The notes beneath the pieces were generated by a model. That model did not search any database, was not told where the DNA came from, and saw nothing but the letters and a program-made list of their open reading frames with translations. From the NCBI GenBank assembly GCA_030141605.1, contig JAQGDQ010000869.1, positions 1-64,000 on the forward strand: a stretch of 64,000 nucleotides of DNA, given 5' to 3'. The number at the start of each line of letters is the position of its first letter. Position 1 is the first letter of the stretch. This DNA comes from Tubiluchus corallicola (lineage: Eukaryota > Animalia > Priapulida). Of the stretch, positions 1-13,200 are shown piece by piece. Made by a program: the position numbers and the translations under genes.

Positions 1-163
1 TCAGCTGCAATGTTTAATGGGATAACTATTTTAACCTTTAAATAAAATACCTTTAAATGTTTTTCGGACTTCTAGAAATTTTTAGTTCGTGTCTCTAATT
101 TTAGTCTTTAGCTTTTATTATGAGAAATGCAGCACGGAAATAAAGATGTTACTGTGGTAATAC

Positions 164-300
164 CTCTAAATAAGACATGGTGACTTTGTATCTGTGTTCG
201 TTCTCATCATCGTCCATTGCTCTAAATAAATCCTCTAATGTGCGCACCATAATTCCAGGATCATTATCATTTCCTGACATGGTGTGCGTCTTTCCAGATC
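164..300 (-). CDS. KIF19: KIF19 exon 5 (SGKTHTM...VTMSYLE)
   Basis: ttccag acceptor, gtatta donor, 137 nt; completes the P-loop and ends at SYLE. Confidence 0.94.
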
Positions 301-3300
301 CTGGAAGTAATTAGGGAACATTTATACGTCTGCCGAGTAATTTTGTGTTCTAGTTTTGAAGCCAGACTGACCTACACATATAAATCACAACCAGACTGAC
401 CTACACATATAAATCACAACCAGACTGACATATACATATAAATCACAACCAGACTGACATATACATATAAATCACAACCAGACTGACATATACATATAAA
501 TCACAACCAGACTGACATATACATATAAATCACAACCAGACTGACATATACATATAAATCACAACCAGACTGACATATACATATAAATCACAACCAGACT
601 GACATATACATATAAATCACAACCAGACTGACATATACATATAAATCACAACCAGACTGACATATACATATAAATCACAACCAGACTGACATATACATAT
701 AAATCACAACCAGACTGACATATACATATAAATCACAACCAGACTGACATATACATATAAATCACAACCAGACTGACATATACATATAAATCACAACCAG
801 ACTGACATATACATATAAATCACAACCAGACTGACATATACATATAAATCACAACCAGACTGACATATACATATAAATCACAACCAGACTGACATATACA
901 TATAAATCACAACCAGACTGACATATACATATAAATCACAACCAGACTGACATATACATATAAATCACAACCAGACTGACATATACATATAAATCACAAC
1001 CAGACTGACATATACATATAAATCACAACCAGACTGACATATACATATAAATCACAACCAGACTGACATATACATATAAATCACAACCAGACTGACATAT
1101 ACATATAAATCACAACCAGACTGACATATACATATAAATCACAACCAGACTGACATATACATATAAATCACAACCAGACTGACATATACATATAAATCAC
1201 AACCAGACTGACATATACATATAAATCACAACCAGACTGACATATACATATAAATCACAAGCAGACTGACATATACATATAAATCACAACCAGACTGACA
1301 TATACATATAAATCACAACCAGACCTTTTGAAAAGGCACAGTTTTTGTGCTGATAAACAATCGTAAGTTATAAGTATTGAATTTTGAAGTTACATTTGCC
1401 CAGACCTGTCATTTTCACAGGGACTGTGTAGTCTAGTGGTCTTGTCGTTGAACTTGTCGTTAAAAAGTCCCCAGTTCAAATCCAGAGCCAGTCCAAATTT
1501 TTCACATAATCTTCAATTCGGATAAGTTTAGTTTAAAAATTCTAAATCCGCGGATTCATTCCAGCATTAATAAATGTCAAAAGTTAAAGCTAGTTGACAA
1601 TGTATTTCTGACGTGGTCAGACAAACAATAGTATTTGCAAATAATAGTTGTAAAATTCAGCCTTAAAATGAAGAGACGACAGCCTTTATTGAAAGTGCTT
1701 ATTTTCTTTCATCGAATTGCTCGAATACGTGGAAAGTGCATTTCACAATGAAACCTCAGCATTTAACTGTTCAGTCCATCACCCACGGGTCAAAGGTCAA
1801 CAATCTCGCATAACTTATATCATTGAGTTCGTCTCATTGAGACCTTTCATTTCATATACAACAACCTACTTTTGGTAGACCCTGGAAGGCATTTGTCTCC
1901 TCGACCCCTATTTTGCCCTTTTAACTGGGTCATAGGTAACAATTCACACTGTAACCTATGCCATTCAATTCGCCTCATCAAGAGCTTTCATTTGTTATGT
2001 TACATGGTACTATTCGTAGACACGTGATTTCTGTTCACCCCATTTTGGTTTTTGTTTGTTGGCTCAGTGCACTTCTGTTTCTGACCCCCATTTTTCGGTT
2101 TTTGCCCCCTAGCGGAAAATTTTACTGCACACACACGTCCCATATTTTGTGACGTGCAAGGCCATGACACCACCTAGCAACATGACAAATATTGTGGCCC
2201 TAGCTCAAAAACTGTGGGAGTAGATGGATCCTAAAGAAAAACAAATGAAGACCCGACCGCTCCGTGACCTTTGACCCGGCAAATCGGGTCACGTGTATAC
2301 GTATATAACTTTGGCCAGAGAGTGCACACTGTGAGTTTTGTATCCCTAGCACTCAGTGTGTAAAAGGTCACAAATTGGGGGGCCCAAATTTTGCATTTTG
2401 GCCCCTCCCTCAGGCGTTTTAAACTGCTTTTTAAAACTGCATGTGCACATCTACCCCACAGTACGCAAATACTTGTGAAAAAATGGAGAAAATGAAAGCC
2501 CTAGGAGATGCGACCTAAAGGAAAAACTGACCCGATGCCCACTGCCCTTCCCCCTTGACCAGTGGTGACTAGTTGTTATACTGGTGTATGTCCCCTGCCC
2601 AGTGCTACCAACCTTGTGAGTTTGGTGACCCTAGCTTCAATGTGGGCATGCGCAGTTGCTGTAGGTCAAAGATTAAGTGTACCACAGCAGCGCGCCTTCA
2701 CGCGTGGGTAAAGCAATGCCGTCTACCGCATGAGTTCAGTAACTTCACTTGTTTTACCTGGAATTTACTTAATTATGCATCAGTCGGAGCGTAGAGTGAT
2801 TTACTAGCAGGATCTTGCTTGGGAACAAGAAAAATGAACTGTGTAAGGTTATATGCTACCTGTTAAAACTGTTACTATTACAACAGCACAGGCTGAGAGG
2901 CGTTGTCCCCTCCTGTCCTGCCCTGTCCTGCTTCTCCTGTCTTGCCAGGTTACATTCTGTTCAATCCTGTCCTATTCTCTTCTACCCTGTCTTGTTCTCT
3001 TCTGCTCTGTCCTGTCCTGTCCTGTCCTGTCCTGTCCTGTCCTGTCCTGTCCTGTCCTGTCCTGTCCTGTCCTGTCCTGTCCTGTCCTATTCTCTTCTAC
3101 CGTGTCTTGTTCTCTTCTGCTCTGCCCTGTCCTCCTTTGTCCTGTCCAGTATTGTTTGATACCCGAGTTAGTTAGTTTAAACATCATTTATTACAGGATT
3201 GGATCACACAGTTTGAACAACATGATTTAGGATCCTCACCACAACAGACTTTATACACTATTTACAAAAACATTTACAGCAAGAATAGACTATAACTACA

Positions 3301-4241
3301 CAAGCTGACAAGTTTTACTACAAGATTACATTAGACATTAGTAGAAAATGACGGTTAGAAAATATTGATGTACGAATATTTAAGACGGGTGCATTTCATA
3401 TCAGATAGTAACTACTGGAAGCGTTTAGTACGTAATATAAAGTCATGTATACATTGGAATATTTTACAGTTAGCAACATAGTTAAATACATCTTTTCCGA
3501 ATAATAACAACTTCGACAGATCATTAGATACCCGAATTGTTCTCGTTACAATTCTGTTCCACTTCATCACGTCTTGAAATGATCTAAAATATTCCACCAC
3601 CTCTTATTCGCCTCTCAACACTCAACACGTACGGTTCTCGACACTTAAATCTCCTCTGTCAAAACGACTCAATCCTTTCTTGTGAATTTTCTTATCGTTC
3701 TGTTCCACGACAAGGCATCATTCTGTTCCGTTCCTAAGGCTTTGTCTCATTTACCTCTTTGATTAGCTGATTTTCAAACTCACCTGTAGCACCATAAGCA
3801 AAAACTGTAGCGTTGTATCCATTGATTACAGACGGTATTAAGCCCTTGGTGGTTTTCACGTAAACATCTTCCTATAACAAGGCAGGTAAACCTAATTAGA
3901 CATCAGATTGGCAAAGAGGAAGTATAAAGTCGAATGCTATGAAAAGGACTGTAGCCTTAGGGCATCTCTTCATTACAGCCTACAAGAACAGAAAACGGTT
4001 TTCTTTATCAGTCTTTAGATTAGATTTTATTTTAATTCAGGGCACATAGTAAACCGGAAGTGGTGCTGACATAGCAGTGTCTAGTTTTATTGCTGGATTA
4101 CTGCTGTGTTTACCTGTCCTGAGAGCAGATTTCTTTCACTGTAGAATTCTGCCTGCCCAATGTCTACAACAGACGTAATAGGCATACGAAGATGATGACG
4201 ATGATGATGATGATTGATGATGATGACGATGACGATGACGA

Positions 4242-4274
<33 letters not shown>

Positions 4275-7200
4275 TGATGATGATGATGATGATGATGATG
4301 ACGGGAAGAGAGCCGGGCACCAGCTGCTTAGGGCACCAAAACACCCTAATCAGACCATGCATGTCCAATAGTAAAGGCAGGGCGCACTCAACCAGACATA
4401 ACCAGATTGACTCAGGCACAATTGATGATGATATAAGTCTTTATTAATCTCTTTTTGCAGGCACAAGTATCTGTACTAACATTATACAATTTTCATAGAC
4501 ACTATACAGAGTGAATTCTACAATATTACATTTACGGATTCTGTAATTAGCTTTTCTAATTTGTACGTATAACATTTCTTACAGTGATATTAAACAAGAA
4601 GAATTGAAGTGCGTGCTAAAATCAAGGTTATTAATGCAGCAAGTTTCATGTCTAGTAACATAAAAATGCAGATAAATTGATATACCAAATTATTAAATTC
4701 CAATTCGATGTTTAAATCCACAAGAGTTACAATCAGTAATCTCAAGAACTACACAAATTTAATCCGTATTTTATTAGAAATTGCCAGCAGGATCTTAAAA
4801 TAAAAGTGTCCTTCACAAAGTAGGTTAGTGCCGATATAAAATTTTCATTTTTCGTCCAACACACGAGATTTAAATTCTCATTTCCCAATTCGTTTAGTAG
4901 TACATTTCGCCTATCGAGTCGAGGCAAAAGACTCGAGTAAATTTATCGTTGTTAAATTTTAACCTAATTAGTACCACGGTCACATAATTAGACCTGCAGA
5001 GACCTCACATAGAGTCTTATCATGCAGTAGGTTCATGCTGTTTCCCACTGTGGTGTTTTTGCCATACTAAATGAAAGACGTAACGACACGCATGAGAGCG
5101 ACTTTTCAGTTTTTTTTTACAAATTAAGAATTCTCTATTCATTTGTACGAAATAAAATATAGAAACAGTTCGCTATAGAAGCTGTTCAATAGCTGAAACC
5201 TTTTTTTTAATTCGCGAAGAGAAGAAAAGACTATTTGTGTGCTAGAAGCAGTAAGGAAGTGGAAATTCCATGGAATAAATCCGTTTTCTATAATCGCGAA
5301 TTTTCACTGTGAATTGAAAATAGTAAATTTAGATATCTGACGAAGAATTGCGTCTTAGGGCAATAGGAAGAGACAAGAAATTCGTATCAAATGGTTGAAA
5401 TATCTATAATAATTTTAAAATTTATGAAAATTATGTTAATTAATGCATGGCCAGTCTGATCTCATTAGAGGTGTTTAATTATCAGAAACACTACGGTATT
5501 ATTCTGGGTTTCACGCATTCATAAACTGCTTTCCTAAGTTTTCGTTTTACTAAATTTTTACTAAAATTAAAATTAAAATTACAACCATACTTCAAAGCGG
5601 AGTAGGATACGAAAATGCATCCTGTTTCTGTTTAAGAGAAGATAGGATGATTTTTCACGTACTACCTCATTTTCAAGTCGGATAAAAAGTATACATTTTA
5701 ACACAATTAATACTGGAAAACGTTTCTGATAATTAAATAATAGATTAAAAACTTAATTAACGGCGGGCGAGGACAACTAATGATGACATCACAAACTAAC
5801 ATAATTTTCAACAGCACAAATATTCCACGAGCGTGTTGCACGTGTTTGTGAAAGCAAAAATTGAAGTATAGTGCTACTGTAAGATATTCAGTGTGTTGAA
5901 CTAAAATTAGGCAAGTTTTAAGATAAAACTTCTAATTTCAAATTTACCACTGTGCTCATGCATGAGTTGTGGAACGCACGTAGTTTGTCACAAAATAATA
6001 CATCTGTTCCCGAGAGGTACAGCACCTGTTTTTTTGTGCAATAAGTTTTGGAAATGCAGGCGCTAATGCCCGTCTAACTAGTGAATGGCGAAATGCATGT
6101 AACAGCGAAGTACAAGAGGCGCGAACGTGAAATTGTGTTTGTGTGGTAATAATTCTTTCATGTAAGTCATTTTTTGGAAAAAAATAGTATGTCTCTTTTC
6201 AATATTTTAAAGAGTAGATTGTTTTAACCTGCAGTTTAAGATTTGGTCTGGTTTTGCTTTAACAATTTGAACTTTGAGTTACTGCGTTTTGCGGAAATCG
6301 CTTTAATAGGATACAGCATATGATCTGAGCTAATGTTGTTCTGCAGTTTAGTATCTCTTTGTGTTGTTCCAAAACAGTAAGAACTAACAAGACGCTGCCA
6401 GCACAAAGCACGATTCTAAAACTAAATGTCATTGAATTTAAACAATGCATAGTATGAAAAACTTAATATAGCTACAATGTCATTGTCTAGGAGAATTTTG
6501 AATAATTCCAGAATTCGATCTCAGCTGCTGACTTAACGGAAGGTTTCAGAAATTTATTTAAAAAGTACAGCAAGTATAAATGAGTCAAAACTTAGCAACA
6601 AGTATCATTTTATTTTACATCGTCGTGTCCTGGTTTCTTAAATGTCCGTCGACAAGCAAAGCTGCAACACGTTTAAATAATCTTGCAGCTCGAAATCCAA
6701 GAAAAAGAGGAGCACCTGGTCACTTATTTGTCAGGAACTCTTCAGAGCCACCTGAATTTTTACCAGAACCCAGAATTGTTGGCGGTGAAACTGTTGTCAA
6801 TAGAGAATTCCCCTATATTGTGGGGCTTCATTGGAAACAATTAAAGCGTTTAGGAAATAATGTGATCTCTGTCCAGGGAGCGTGTGCAGGAATCCTCCTC
6901 AACAACAAATGGGTTTTAACTGCAGCACACTGTGTTAATGATACAACAACTAGGAGTGATTTCAAGATATACCTAGGAAGCAACGTATTCGAGAAACCGA
7001 AGGCTGTACGTTTGGTTTACTATTACAAGATACATCCTGATTACAGATCCATCATTAAGAATAGAGGCATTGAGTATTTTCACGAAGCTGATGTGGCTCT
7101 GCTGCGAATGGATAACAAAGTTGCATTTGATGACGACATTCAGCCTGCTGAACTACCACTTTGTCGAAGCCCTAATTACATGAATGAGACAGTCGTTGTA

Positions 7201-10200
7201 CCAGGGTGGGGGAGGTTACGGGCGGAAGACAAAATAGTGTTATACCGTCCTAATTTACAAAAGATAACAACAAAAGTTGTCGACACTGGAATTTGTGCAG
7301 ATGTTAACCAAACAGTTGCCATCTGCTCATACTCTACAGGCAAAAGCGTTTGCAAGGGAGACTCTGGAGGGCCACTGATACTGCCATCTACAGGAGAAGT
7401 AATCGGAGTTATGTCACAGGGTGAATTCTGCAAAGGTGCTGCCCTCTTCACAAAGATTGGACCGGTTCTTAATTGGATTGAAGATGTACAATTTTATGCT
7501 ACAGCAACAAATTACCAATATGTCCGCTATAACACAGCTTCTGAAAATGGCATGTCAATAATAGGGAATATAAACAAAATATTAATGCTGGTGTATTTAG
7601 CACGATTATACTTCTGTGCATAACAAGTTAATGTGAAACATTATAAGTGTGGTTACTTCACATAGAAATACACAAATTTAATGGAGTTGTACTTACAGCG
7701 TAGGCTCTAGATTTTTGCCAGTCATTTTGAAGTCATTTTGTCTGTATTGTTTAACATAGAAGTTACAATAGAAAAGAAAATGTATTCCTGACACTGGCTA
7801 TGGCTTAACTCCAGATATTCTTACTTGCTGTAAAGCAATTGGCCTCTGAGCATATGAAGTTGGGAAATTTTTGGGCATAGGGGATAAGCTGATTCCTGGT
7901 GTTCGCTTAATAAGATAAGCAAAGATAAGCAACACCAAGTTTGATCAAAATTAGATAGGTGACCATTTTGAAACGGCCTCCTCGAGCTTTTGTCTGCTAC
8001 ACTACCCTTGCAGTTTAGCTCATAAAGAAGGACATTTACACATCCAAAGCTAACTAAAACACCAATTACACCACATCGATCCAATCAAACCTACTGTAGC
8101 CTATAGACAGTAAGGACATTTAGACAAGCAAACTAGAGTAACTTATAACACTTGACAAGGAGCATATTTTAGTGAGTGGTTCAAACAAGACATTTTCAGG
8201 AAAACACTAATGTAAGGCAAACGGATATACGACTGGGTAAGACTTAAAGATCTACTGTTTTTTGGTTCAAAAAGTCAAAGGACTAAGCCACAATGTAAAA
8301 AAATGCTGAAATAATTCGTGTGATAAAAAAAGCGCCGTTGCCAACCTTAGTAGATTCACTGAGCTGCGCATAGCTTTGATTGTTTATAGAAATTTGAGCA
8401 TCCGAGGTAATTATTATTTAATGTAAGCTTTGATATAAAAAAAGTTATTGTAGTTTTCAATATTTTAGAGTATACTTTATTCTGAAGTAAGATTTTGAAC
8501 ATCAAAAATGTTCCACGAACGTGCTACACGTGTTTGTGAAAGAGAAAATTGAAGTACAATGCTACTTTAAGAAATTCAAGGTGTTGTACTAAAACTATGC
8601 ATGTTTCAAGATAAAAATTTCAATTTCAAATTTGCCGATGTGCTCACGCACGAGCTGTTGAACGTGTGCAGCTCGTCACAAACTAACGCAACTAAACTCA
8701 GAGGTAGAGCACCTGTTTTTTGTGCGACGCATTTCCGAAATGCAGGCGCTAGTGCCCATCTAACTATTGAACGGCGAAATGCATGTAACAGCGAAGTACA
8801 AGTGGCGCGAACGTGAAATTACGTTTGTGTGGTAATAATTCTTTCACGTAAGTCATTTTTGAAAAAATAGTATGTTTGCTTTCAATATTTTAAAGAGTAG
8901 ATTGTTTTTACCTACAGTTTAACATTGGGTCTAGTTTTGCTTTACATTTTTTCTAACTAAAACCACAGCATAAAGAGTTTCTAAAATCAACCACAATGTT
9001 TGCTAAGTAAGATCGCTGGTCCGGTAAAATAGCTTAAAAAAACCAAAAGTTAGTCCTTGTAAATATGATCAAAATATCAAGTCCTGGGATGGGTGGCCGA
9101 ATGGCAGACTTCGGCCTGCAACCACGCAGTCTTGAGTTCGAATCTACAGGCTGACAATGCCTTGGCATATACCGTACATGTTATTCGTGGTTTGTTTCTA
9201 CCTGTACTGTTGTAAGTCCCTAATTTTTGTTATTAACAATGATACATACAGTAAAATAGTATAAAAAAGAAATCAACAGACGCATGCGCTCTTACACTGA
9301 TCCTATAAAACATAAAATTTTAGACGGTAGATTGTTTTGACCTACAGTTTGAGATACTGTCTGGTTTTTCTTTACATGTGCTTATATGTAGTAATAAATT
9401 AGTATCATAGTTACACGGTCTATGTCAAGAATTCTGACAAATCTATCATTTTCAGGTTAATAAGATGCCAGCAAATACCTGTTCTTCTAAACAAGAACTA
9501 ATTTGCCGCCAGGTTAGCCGTAAAGTTTTACGTAACGTAAATTTTTCGCACAAACATTTCACATCGTCTCGACGTTGTTGGGTCACCCCGTGACCCCCAA
9601 ACCTTTGTCAGTTTACGTAAGAATTACGTCTTACGGCAATAGGAAGGGACAAGAAATTCGTATCAAATGGTTGAAATCGCTATAATAATTTTAAAATTTA
9701 TGAAAATTATGTTAATTAATGCATAGCCAGTCTGATCTCATTAGAGGTGTTTAATTATCAGAAGCACTACGGTATTATTCTGGGTTTCACGCATTCATAA
9801 ACTGCTTTCCTAAGTTTTCGTTTTACTAAATTTTTACTAAAATTAAAATTAAAATTACAACCATGCTTCATCCATAAAATGTGTACTTTTTATCGTACTT
9901 CAAAATGGAGTAGAATATGAAAATCCGTCCTGTTTCTGTTTAAGAGAAGATAGGATGATTTCTCATATACTACCCCATTTTCAAGTCCCATAGAAAGTAT
10001 ACATTTTAACACAATTAATACTGGAAAACGTTTCTGATAATTAAATAATAGATTAAAAACTTAATTAACGGCGGGCGAGCCCAACTAATGATGACATCAC
10101 AAACTAACATAATTTTCAACAGCACAAATATTCCACGAGCGTGTTGCACGTGTTTGTGAAAGCAAAAATTGAAGTATAGTGCTACTGTAAGATATTTAGT

Positions 10201-13200
10201 GTGTTGTACTAAATTTAGGCAAGTTTTAAGATAAAACTTCTAATTTCAAATTTACCACTGTGCTCACGCATGAGCTGTAAAACGCGTGTAGTTTGTCACA
10301 AAATAATACAGGTTTGGCGAAAAATTAATGATAGATTTAGCTTTTACACATGGTAGGTCCCTCATCGCGCACGTGTTACGGTGACTGGTTTCTGATTGTC
10401 CATAATACTCCACGGTGCGTAATACTTACACCATTTGCTGCTTCGAGGTTTCTCACCCAGAACGCGCCTGATGTATGCTGGCACGAGTCAATCTCGAGGA
10501 TCGATAATCAATCAATACTCCTTTACCACGCCGCTACAAGCAGTTTCATTCATGAACGCGCGGTGATGCGATCGTTTCTTGATTGAAAACCTTGCTAAGG
10601 ATGAATGCTGTTTTGAGTTGAGTAAGTGCCCGGACAAAATTTCCCAGAGTTTCAAATGTCAAGAAATTCTTGGTGCTTGGTACTGAGAAATTGCTTGTTG
10701 CATTTCAGTGACTAGTGGAGTAGAATTGTAACCTAGCCACTGGGGGGGGGGGAAGCCAGCCCAACACAGTGCCGGTCCCAAGCCCGGATAAATAGGGAGG
10801 GTTAGGGTCAGGAAGGGCATCCGCCTGTAAAAACTGCGCCAAAACCTTCTATGAATGAGTCGATGAGACTTAAAGGTAAAGTCCACAAAGAAGTGGTCAG
10901 ACCCGCTCTAATCTATGAGCTGGAAGCAGCTTCTCTAAAGAAGACCGAAGAGACGAAAATGGGTGTGGTGGAGATGAGGATGTTGAGATGAATGGTGGGA
11001 GTAACAAGAAGAGATAAAATTAGAAATAATAATATCAGAGGAACAGTAAAAGTAGTGGAAGCCTCGCAAGATTGCGATGGTATGGACACCTGATAAGAAG
11101 AGGCGGTGAGACTTAAAGGGAACGTCCACAAAGAAGTGGTCAGACCCGCTCTAATCTATGGAGTCGGTGAAGATCTTGTGGGAATTGAAGACATAAATGA
11201 AGAGATGGTCAACAACAGTAATGCGTGGAGAAGACTCATTCACAACGGCGACCCCGAATAGGGAAAAGCTGGGAAGAAGAAGTGGAGTAGAATTGTACGG
11301 GGGAATAGTAAGTGAATAACCATTTGTGGGCTGCAGTGAAGATGGCAATATTTAGTGAAACTGGTTTCGTTGAGCTGAATTAGGCTGATGCAACTGATGC
11401 ACGTATTTATACCAACAGAGAAACAAGCCGTAGCCGTAGACTCAACAACAACAACAGCACCGCCACGGCCACCACTAGCAGCAGCCATAACCACAACAAC
11501 AACATAGTAGCAATAGCAGCAGCAACAGTAGCAACAACAACAACAACAGTACTGACTACAACAGCATCAACAACAACAACAGCAGCAGCACCGCCACCGC
11601 CACCACTAGCAGCAGCCATAACCACAACAACAACACAGTAGCAATAGCAACAACAACAGTAACAACGACAGCAAAAACACCAGCATCACCAACAACACCA
11701 ATAACAACAGTAACTGCAACAACAACAACAGCAGCAGCAGCAGCAGTAGCAACATTAATAACGGCAACAACAGTAACAGCAGCAGGTAAAACAACAGCAT
11801 CAGCAACAACAGCAGCATAGTGTAGTAATTGACTGTATTCGATTGTTTGTTGGAAAATCTCAATAAGATCAGAAATTGCAAAGCCCAAACTCCCACGCAT
11901 AACAATGAGATAAATTCAGCGTACTACGACTGTGTGGCAGCTTTGACTTTGTTGTGTCTAGAATCTAGTCCAGTGGTTCCCAAACTTTCTCGGACCGTTA
12001 CCCAAATTGGGAAACCCGGTCGTGTCCATTACCCCCCACCTAGTACTACTTCTCCAACTCAAAGAAGAAAACTACGTAAAATGCATTCCGAGCGAAGTTT
12101 TAAAAATTTTCAGAGGGGTGCCCGTTATCCTCCCCCCAAAAAAACATATTACCCCGGGGGGTAATTTACCCCTACTTTGGGAACCACTGATCTAGTCTGT
12201 GGCTTACTGTTTTGATTTGTATAATTTTTTAATTTGTTTTTGTTTATTTTGTAGTTCAGAAGAACAGTCCTTTTTCTGCCTTATAAGCTTGCCTTGTTAG
12301 TTTGTGCCTTGAAACTTATTTTGGTAGTGTTTATAATAAACTTCTGGGTAGAGTGAACATTTTAAATGTCACATCTATACTCTTATATTAATATTCTTGG
12401 TATATTTATATATATACATACATATATATATATAAGATTCGAGGCTACAGCCCGGACGAGGGCACCATTTGCGGCGATCTATATATCAAACGAAAGGTCT
12501 CGATCTAGTGTCGTGCCATTGATGGTTTATTTTTCGAATCGGGCCCACCGGGAGGAACGGAGGGCGAAAAACCTCCAAAAATGGCCCTTTTTCGGCCGTT
12601 TTTTGCAAAAAATTGCAAAGTTGTACGGCTGAGATGTAGAGAACGGGAACGGGCCGAGGGGGGTACTGGGTATGGATAGATAGCCCGTTCAGCGGTGGGT
12701 GTAGTAGGCATATTTAGAATTCCCGAGAGGGCCAGGGCGCCCCGCAACGGGCGTTTTCCCGGACCCAACTCGCGATTTTTTCGAAATTTAGACCAAACAG
12801 CATGCGGGAAAAACGTTCTAGCGGCGCCTGGTGGGACTCTAGGAATAATAATTATTGTACGGTGGTTCATCGATACGTAGTATCATGTATCATGTACATT
12901 AGAGGTAATTACTGCAGTATGTTTTACATTAATGATGAGATACATTCCACTAGCCTACTGATCATTACGTAACCGGAATTCCAGTGGGGGACTTTTACCT
13001 TTTGCTGTAAACGCGACCACTTACACGGCTTAATTGCTTTGGCAGTAATTTGACAACAGCAACAGCAGCAATAGCAACAGCAACAGCAACAACAACAACA
13101 GCAGCATCGACAACAATAGCAACAACAACAACAGCAGCTTCGACAACAAACAATAGCAACAACAACGACAATAGCAACAACAACAGCAACAGCAACGACA

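Noticed and set aside
362-1324. Regular short repeats superficially like a CRISPR array (likewise 32071-33162)
   Set aside because: The units are contiguous with no unique spacers, there are no cas genes, and the context is eukaryotic.
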